64,000 bases of DNA from Maritimibacter sp. Its GTDB lineage: Bacteria; Pseudomonadota; Alphaproteobacteria; Rhodobacterales; Rhodobacteraceae. A program made the translations under genes and the position numbers. Shown piece by piece: positions 56,831 through 64,000 of the stretch. The notes under the pieces were generated by a model. It was given only the letters and a program-made list of their open reading frames with translations. It was not told where the DNA came from and did not search any database. The DNA lies in assembly GCA_048268845.1 (NCBI GenBank), contig JBLWUQ010000003.1:213013-277012 (forward strand). The letters run 5' to 3'. Each line of letters starts with the position of its first letter. The first letter of the stretch is position 1.

Positions 56831-56919
56831 TAGATAAGACAGATCGCGGTTAAGGACCAGTCTACCCAGCGCTCTCTGGGGACGGATTCTGCGCCTTCCT
56901 GCCGCCAATGCCTTCACGA

Positions 56920-57633
56920 TCAGGCGACCGGAAGGATAACCGGCAGGGCTGGACCCAGCGTGATGCCCTTGGGCGAAATGTTGGCGCCATGCGCGATCAC
57001 CTCGACTCCGGCGCCATGAGCCGCCATCAGCGCGCGGGCATAATCGGGGTCGATGTCATGCGCGATCCGCACTTCGCTGGCATCTGTGCGCTGCACGAGA
57101 AACAGGACAACCGCGCGGTCGCCCTGCCGGGCCATCACCGAAAGCTCCTGCATATGCCGCGCGCCGCGCGCGGTTCGCGCGTCGGGAAACTCGGCGACAC
57201 CGGGGCGGCGGCAGAGCGTCACCGATTTGACCTCGACCCAGGCATCGGGCAGGTCCTCGGCGGACAGCAGGAAATCCACCCGGCTGTTCGCGCCATATTT
57301 CACCTCGGGGCGCACATCGGTGTAGCCCGCCAGCGCCGGCACCTCACGCGAACCAAGCGCCGCCTTCAGCACCCGGTTGGGCAGCGCGGTATCGACGCCG
57401 GTGAAATGCCCGTCGATATGTTCGACCAGCCGCCAGCCGTAATCGAGCTTTTTCCTGGGGTCGTCGTTCGGCTCGAGCCAGATCCGCGTGCCCGCCACCG
57501 CAAGGCCAAGCATCGAGCCGGGATTGGCGCAATGCGCGGTGATCTCGCGCCCGTCCTCGAGCCGGCAATCGGCCAGGAAGCGTTTGTAGCGGCGGATCAG
57601 CGTGGCAGGGATGAGGGGGGTGGCAAACTCCAT
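56920..57633 (-). CDS. sfsA: DNA/RNA nuclease SfsA (sugar fermentation stimulation protein)
   Basis: Track ORF 56920-57852. The homologous N-terminus MEFATPLIPATLIRRYKRFLADC starts at ATG 57633. Confidence 0.88.
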   Translation of the reverse strand: MEFATPLIPATLIRRYKRFLADCRLEDGREITAHCANPGSMLGLAVAGTRIWLEPNDDPRKKLDYGWRLVEHIDGHFTGVDTALPNRVLKAALGSREVPALAGYTDVRPEVKYGANSRVDFLLSAEDLPDAWVEVKSVTLCRRPGVAEFPDARTARGARHMQELSVMARQGDRAVVLFLVQRTDASEVRIAHDIDPDYARALMAAHGAGVEVIAHGANISPKGITLGPALPVILPVA

Positions 57634-57742
57634 GCCCGCAACATGGGTGGGAGTGGCAAAGATGTCCATGCGACGATGACCGATTGGAAACCTTTGGGGC
57701 GTGGAGTAACCTGACAGGCGAACAACCACTGCGGGGAATACC

Positions 57743-58474
57743 ATGCCCAATCCGACTGCCGCGATGCTCGTGATCGGCGATGAAATCCTGTCGGGCCGCA
57801 CCCGTGACGCCAACATACACCAACTGGCGCAGGCGCTGACCGGCCACGGCATCGACCTGCGCGAATGTCGGGTGGTGCGCGACGATCACGACAGCATCGT
57901 CGCTGCGGTGCGGGCGCTGTCCGATGGCTACGACCACGTCTTCACCTCGGGCGGAATCGGGCCGACGCATGACGACATCACCGCTGATGCCATCGCGGAT
58001 GCCTTCGGCGTGCCGATCGACATCCGCGACGACGCCCGCGCGACCCTGATGGCCTATTTCGAGAGCCGCGGGGTCGAGGCGACGCCGGCGCGGCTGCGCA
58101 TGGCGCGCATCCCCGATGGCGCCGTGCTGATCGACAACCCGGTGTCGATCGCACCCGGCTTCACGCTGAAGAACGTGCATGTCATGGCCGGAATTCCGAT
58201 CATTTTCGAGGCCATGGTGGCCAGCGTCCTGCCGCAGATCACCGGCGGCAGGCCGCTTCTCAGCCAGACGCTGCGGGTGGGCCTGGCCGAGGGCACCATT
58301 GCCGGGCCTCTGGGTGAACTGGCGGCGCGTTACCCGGACCTCTCGATCGGCTCCTACCCGTTCAGCACCAACGGCGTGTTCGGGGCCAATATCGTGATCC
58401 GCGGCCATGACGGCGCCCGGCTCAGCGCGGCGATGCTGGAGCTTTCCGCGCTGTTTTCCGAGTCGGTCGGATGA
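57743..58474 (+). CDS. CinA-like molybdopterin-binding (MoCF_BD) domain protein
   Basis: 243-aa ORF. LVIGDEILSGRTRDANIHQLAQAL and TSGGIGPTHDDIT are typical of the CinA N-terminal/MoCF-binding domain. Confidence 0.8.
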   Translation: MPNPTAAMLVIGDEILSGRTRDANIHQLAQALTGHGIDLRECRVVRDDHDSIVAAVRALSDGYDHVFTSGGIGPTHDDITADAIADAFGVPIDIRDDARATLMAYFESRGVEATPARLRMARIPDGAVLIDNPVSIAPGFTLKNVHVMAGIPIIFEAMVASVLPQITGGRPLLSQTLRVGLAEGTIAGPLGELAARYPDLSIGSYPFSTNGVFGANIVIRGHDGARLSAAMLELSALFSESVG

Positions 58475-59214
58475 CCAGACCGCTGGCCCTGCCCAGCGCC
58501 GAGCGGCTGATCGAGGTCTGCGAGGTGACCTGGCCGCCTGCCAGCCGACAGCGCATCGGCGCCTGGACGATCCGCGACGGTCAGGGCGGCGGGCAGCGGG
58601 TATCGGCGGCAACCGAGGATTGGCCGGTGACCGACGCCGATCTGCCCGTAGCCGAGGCCGCGATGCGCGCGCTGGGACAGGCACCGCTGTTTCAGGTCAG
58701 GTCAGGCGAGGATGGTCTCGATGCGCTTCTGGCACGCCACGGCTATGACCTGCACGACCCGGTTAACATCTACGCGATGCCGGTGGCCGAGCTCATGGGC
58801 GATGAGATCCCGATGGGCTTTGCCTATGCGATGTGGCCACCGCTGGAGCTTGCAAAGGAAATCTGGAACGAAGGCGGTGTCGGCGCGGGGCGTCTGGCGG
58901 TGATGAACCGCGCGCCGGACCCCAAGGCGGCGATCCTGGTCCGGGTCGGCGACAGCCCTGGCGGCGTCGGCTTCATCGGCGTCCACGACGGCATCGCGAT
59001 GCTGCACGCGATGCATGTCCTGCCCGAACATCGTCGCAGGGGCGCGGCCCGGCTGATCCTGAAAAAAGCGGCGCACTGGGCGGCAGAAAACGGCGCAGAC
59101 GTCCTCAGCCTGATCGTGACGCAGGGAAACCACGCCGCTAACCCCCTATATGTATCGCTTGGCATGCGGCTGGTAGGCCACTATCACTACCGCCGATTGG
59201 CGGAAGGAAATTGA
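58471..59214 (+). CDS. GNAT family N-acetyltransferase
   Basis: 247-aa ORF with a 4-nt overlap. The C-terminal HVLPEHRRRGAARLIL is the acetyl-CoA motif region. Confidence 0.7.
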   Translation: MTRPLALPSAERLIEVCEVTWPPASRQRIGAWTIRDGQGGGQRVSAATEDWPVTDADLPVAEAAMRALGQAPLFQVRSGEDGLDALLARHGYDLHDPVNIYAMPVAELMGDEIPMGFAYAMWPPLELAKEIWNEGGVGAGRLAVMNRAPDPKAAILVRVGDSPGGVGFIGVHDGIAMLHAMHVLPEHRRRGAARLILKKAAHWAAENGADVLSLIVTQGNHAANPLYVSLGMRLVGHYHYRRLAEGN

Positions 59215-59215
59215 G

Positions 59216-59782
59216 ATGAGCGAAAAGATCACGGCGCTTGACCTGCCGATGCTGGACCCGTTGCCGGAAGCGACGCAGAAATACTTCGACATCTGCGATG
59301 ACAAGCTCGGGCTGGTGCCGAATGTGCTGAAGGCCTACGCCTTCGACATCGACAAGCTCAACGCCTTCACCGGGCTCTATAACGACCTGATGCTGGCGCC
59401 CTCGGGGCTGTCCAAACTCGAGCGCGAGATGATCGCGGTGGTGGTCAGTTCGCGAAACCACTGCTGGTATTGCCAGGTTGCCCACGGGGCCGCGGTGCGC
59501 GAATTGTCGGGCGATCCGGCGCTGGGCGAGGCGATGGTGATGAACTTCCGCGCCGTCGAGCTTTCGGCCCGCCAGCGCGCCATGCTGGAGTTTGCCGAAA
59601 AGCTGACCGATCACCCCGACAAGATCGACGAGCCCGACCGCGCCGCGCTGCGCGACGCCGGGTTTTCCGAGCGTGACATCTGGGACATCGCCAATGTCAC
59701 CGGGTTCTTCAACATGACCAACCGGGTTGCCGCCGCCACCGACATGCAACCCAATCCCGAGTATCACGCACAATCCCGATGA
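59216..59782 (+). CDS. peroxidase-related enzyme (AhpD/carboxymuconolactone decarboxylase family)
   Basis: 188-aa ORF with the CxxC motif CWYCQVAHG in a CMD-like helical context. Confidence 0.8.
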   Translation: MSEKITALDLPMLDPLPEATQKYFDICDDKLGLVPNVLKAYAFDIDKLNAFTGLYNDLMLAPSGLSKLEREMIAVVVSSRNHCWYCQVAHGAAVRELSGDPALGEAMVMNFRAVELSARQRAMLEFAEKLTDHPDKIDEPDRAALRDAGFSERDIWDIANVTGFFNMTNRVAAATDMQPNPEYHAQSR

Positions 59783-60729
59783 TCCGCTGGACCACCCTTC
59801 TTCTTGGCGCCGCGCTGGTCGGCGTGCCGGCTGGCGGTTTCGCCACGTCCCTGTCGCTGCCGGCAGGGGCAAGTCTGCAACAGGAAAAGTCCGAAGCGGC
59901 GGGCACTTACCAGATGCCGATCGGCCCGTGGTCGGAAAGCACCGGTATTCCGGCGATGACGACATCGGGCCATGTCACCAAACAGGCCTGGCGGTTGGGC
60001 GGCAGCGGGCTGTCGCCCTATCAGATCCTTCTGGCCCTGCGCCAGCAATTGCTGGATGCGGGCTATCAGGTGCTGTTCGAATGTAGCGCCACCGATTGCG
60101 GCGGGTTCGATTTTCGCTTTGGCACGACGGTCATCAACGAACCGGCGATGCACATCGACCTGGGTGACTATCACTACCTCGCGGCACAGAAGCCCGGCGA
60201 CGAACCCGACACGATCAGCCTGATCGTCAGCCGAAGCGTCTCGGCCGGGTTCGTGCAGATCATTCAGGTCGGGCCCGTCGCCGCCGCCCCCGCCGAGCCG
60301 CTGACCTCGACCAAGGCCGAACCCGACGCCGCGATGCCGGTGCCCCTGTCAGGCGAGATCGGGCCGGCGATGGAGGCTGTCGGGCGGTTCGTGCTGGGCG
60401 ATCTGGTATTCGCCACCGGCTCGGCCGATCTTGGTCCGGGTGACTACGCCTCGCTGCGCGAGCTTGCCGGCTATCTGCGCGACAATCCCGCCAAGCGCGT
60501 CGCCCTTGTGGGCCATACCGACGCCACCGGCTCGCTTGCCGGCAATATCGGGCTGTCGAAACGCCGCGCGGAATCTGTCATGGCGCGGCTGGTGGCGGAA
60601 TATGGCGTGCCGAAGGAGCAGCTCGAGGCCGAGGGCATCGGCTATCTCGCCCCGATCGCATCGAACCAGACCGACGAAGGCCGCAACGTCAACCGGCGGG
60701 TCGAGGCGATACTGGTCTCGACCAACTGA
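59779..60729 (+). CDS. OmpA family protein
   Basis: 316-aa ORF with a 4-nt overlap and a signal peptide. The C-terminal OmpA-like domain reads LVGHTDATGSLAGNIGLSKRRAESV...NRRVEA. Confidence 0.8.
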   Translation: MIRWTTLLLGAALVGVPAGGFATSLSLPAGASLQQEKSEAAGTYQMPIGPWSESTGIPAMTTSGHVTKQAWRLGGSGLSPYQILLALRQQLLDAGYQVLFECSATDCGGFDFRFGTTVINEPAMHIDLGDYHYLAAQKPGDEPDTISLIVSRSVSAGFVQIIQVGPVAAAPAEPLTSTKAEPDAAMPVPLSGEIGPAMEAVGRFVLGDLVFATGSADLGPGDYASLRELAGYLRDNPAKRVALVGHTDATGSLAGNIGLSKRRAESVMARLVAEYGVPKEQLEAEGIGYLAPIASNQTDEGRNVNRRVEAILVSTN

Positions 60730-60780
60730 AAGAAGCGCCCGGCGGGGCGCTTCGCTCAGATCGGGTTTTCGCAGAACGGC

Positions 60781-61686
60781 CTACCAGACGTCCGGGCCCT
60801 TGTCGGCAAAGGCGCGCACCAGAAAGTCGATGAAGGCGCGCACCTTGGGCTGGGTGAACCGGCCCGGCGGATAGATTGCGTAGATGCCCTGCGCGTCGAT
60901 CGGCAACTCGGGGATCGCATCCTCGACCAGCCCTTTCTCCATCGCGTCGGCATAGAGAAAGCTGGGCAGGTAGGCGATGCCAAGCCCGGCAATGGCGGCA
61001 TTCAGCAGCGACTGCCCGTCATTCACCGACAGCCAGCCGGCGGTGCGCACCTGCCGCAGCTCGCCCGACGGCGCGGGAATCTTCCACACGCTGCCCGAGG
61101 ATTGGTTGGAATAATGCAAGAGCTTGTGCTCGTTCAGATCGTCGATCCGCATCGGGCGGCCGAATTTCTGGAAATACCCCGGAGAGCCGACCATCCGGAT
61201 CGCCGTATCCGCGATCTTGCGGGCGCGCAGCGAAGAATCCTCAAGCTCGCCGACCCGGATCGCCATGTCGAAGCCTTCGGAAATCAATTCGACGTAGCGG
61301 TTGTTCAGCACCATGTTGACGTTGATATCGGGGAATTCCGTCAGGAACTCACCTAGCACCGGCGACAGGTGATTGACGCCGAAATCGGTGGCAACGGAAA
61401 TGCGCAAGAGACCGGATGGCGCCGATTGCATCGACGTGACCAGCGCATCGGCTTCGCCTGCGTCATTCAGCACCCGTCGGGCGCGGTCGTAATAGGCCAG
61501 GCCGATCTCGGTCGGGCTGACGCGGCGGGTGGTGCGGTTGAGCAGCCGCGCGCCAAGGCGCGCTTCGAGCGAGGAAACATGCTTGGAAACGGCTGATTTC
61601 GAAATGCCCATCTTCTTCGCGGCGTCGGTGAATCCCCCCTGATCCACCACCGTCGCGAAGGCCTCCATCTCGGTCAATCGGTCCAT
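60781..61686 (-). CDS. LysR family transcriptional regulator
   Basis: Track ORF 60781-61830, with start at MDRLTEMEAFATVVDQGGFTDAAKKMGISKSAVSKHVSSLE (ATG 61686). LysR HTH plus a substrate-binding domain. Confidence 0.9.
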   Translation of the reverse strand: MDRLTEMEAFATVVDQGGFTDAAKKMGISKSAVSKHVSSLEARLGARLLNRTTRRVSPTEIGLAYYDRARRVLNDAGEADALVTSMQSAPSGLLRISVATDFGVNHLSPVLGEFLTEFPDINVNMVLNNRYVELISEGFDMAIRVGELEDSSLRARKIADTAIRMVGSPGYFQKFGRPMRIDDLNEHKLLHYSNQSSGSVWKIPAPSGELRQVRTAGWLSVNDGQSLLNAAIAGLGIAYLPSFLYADAMEKGLVEDAIPELPIDAQGIYAIYPPGRFTQPKVRAFIDFLVRAFADKGPDVW

Positions 61687-61852
61687 TATAACTCTTCCTA
61701 CAGTCATCGCCCCAACGGCTGCGGTTATCGCCACGAATTCGGGCAAGACTGTGGAGCACTTCCGGCTTTTGCAGGAAGAAACCGGGCAATGTTCAGGCAA
61801 TGGAAACGGGCAGGTCCACCGGCCCCGCAAATCGGGGCAATTTCGACACCGC

Positions 61853-63937
<2,085 letters not shown>

Positions 63938-64000
63938 TCAGCGCCGGGTGTGCGCCCCCGCGATGCCTACATCGTCTCGACGCAATGCCGCCGAAAGGCG

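Noticed and set aside
63938-64000. Possible 3' end of a minus-strand gene (…RLSAALRRDDVGIAGAHTRR-stop)
   Set aside because: Only 20 codons are visible at the window edge, so coding status and identity cannot be judged.

Overview
This is a high-G+C alphaproteobacterial chromosome segment. Gene content and local synteny (pyrB / dihydroorotase-like gene / plsY, plant-type gshA, an ICE-like box in front of mbfA) suggest a Rhodobacterales-like organism; that is inference only. About 66 protein-coding genes tile nearly the whole window, often with 4-nt ATGA/GTGA stop-start overlaps. Most are housekeeping: pyrB, plsY, gshA, rsmE, ubiA, asd, fpr, map, rsmD, sfsA, a class A PBP, an ammonium transporter, an aminotransferase, sseA, fadH. 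I saw no rRNA, tRNA, CRISPR array, transposase, integrase or phage gene. Six things stand out. (1) An AT-richer ~1.1-kb island (31107-32211) holds three tandem SD-preceded small basic ORFs with weak colinear similarity, behind a palindrome-rich leader. (2) A tetR gene is flanked on both sides by the same AT-rich operator-like motif. One side faces an SDR-fpr operon; the other faces a ~9-kb operon for a four-subunit 2-oxoacid:ferredoxin oxidoreductase, an adenylate-forming ligase and a Liv-type ABC importer. (3) Three translationally coupled membrane ORFs sit between pyrB and a dihydroorotase-like gene that lacks the HxH metal ligands. (4) An intrinsic terminator with a C-rich loop lies on the + strand between two minus-strand genes, making a candidate sRNA. 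(5) A cdsA-like gene with a variant signature overlaps a plsC-like acyltransferase gene. (6) A type I secretion ABC/adaptor pair has no visible substrate or outer-membrane partner. The many long antisense ORFs in the six-frame track are treated as high-GC shadow ORFs. All family calls come from motif recognition by eye; no database search or computation was run.
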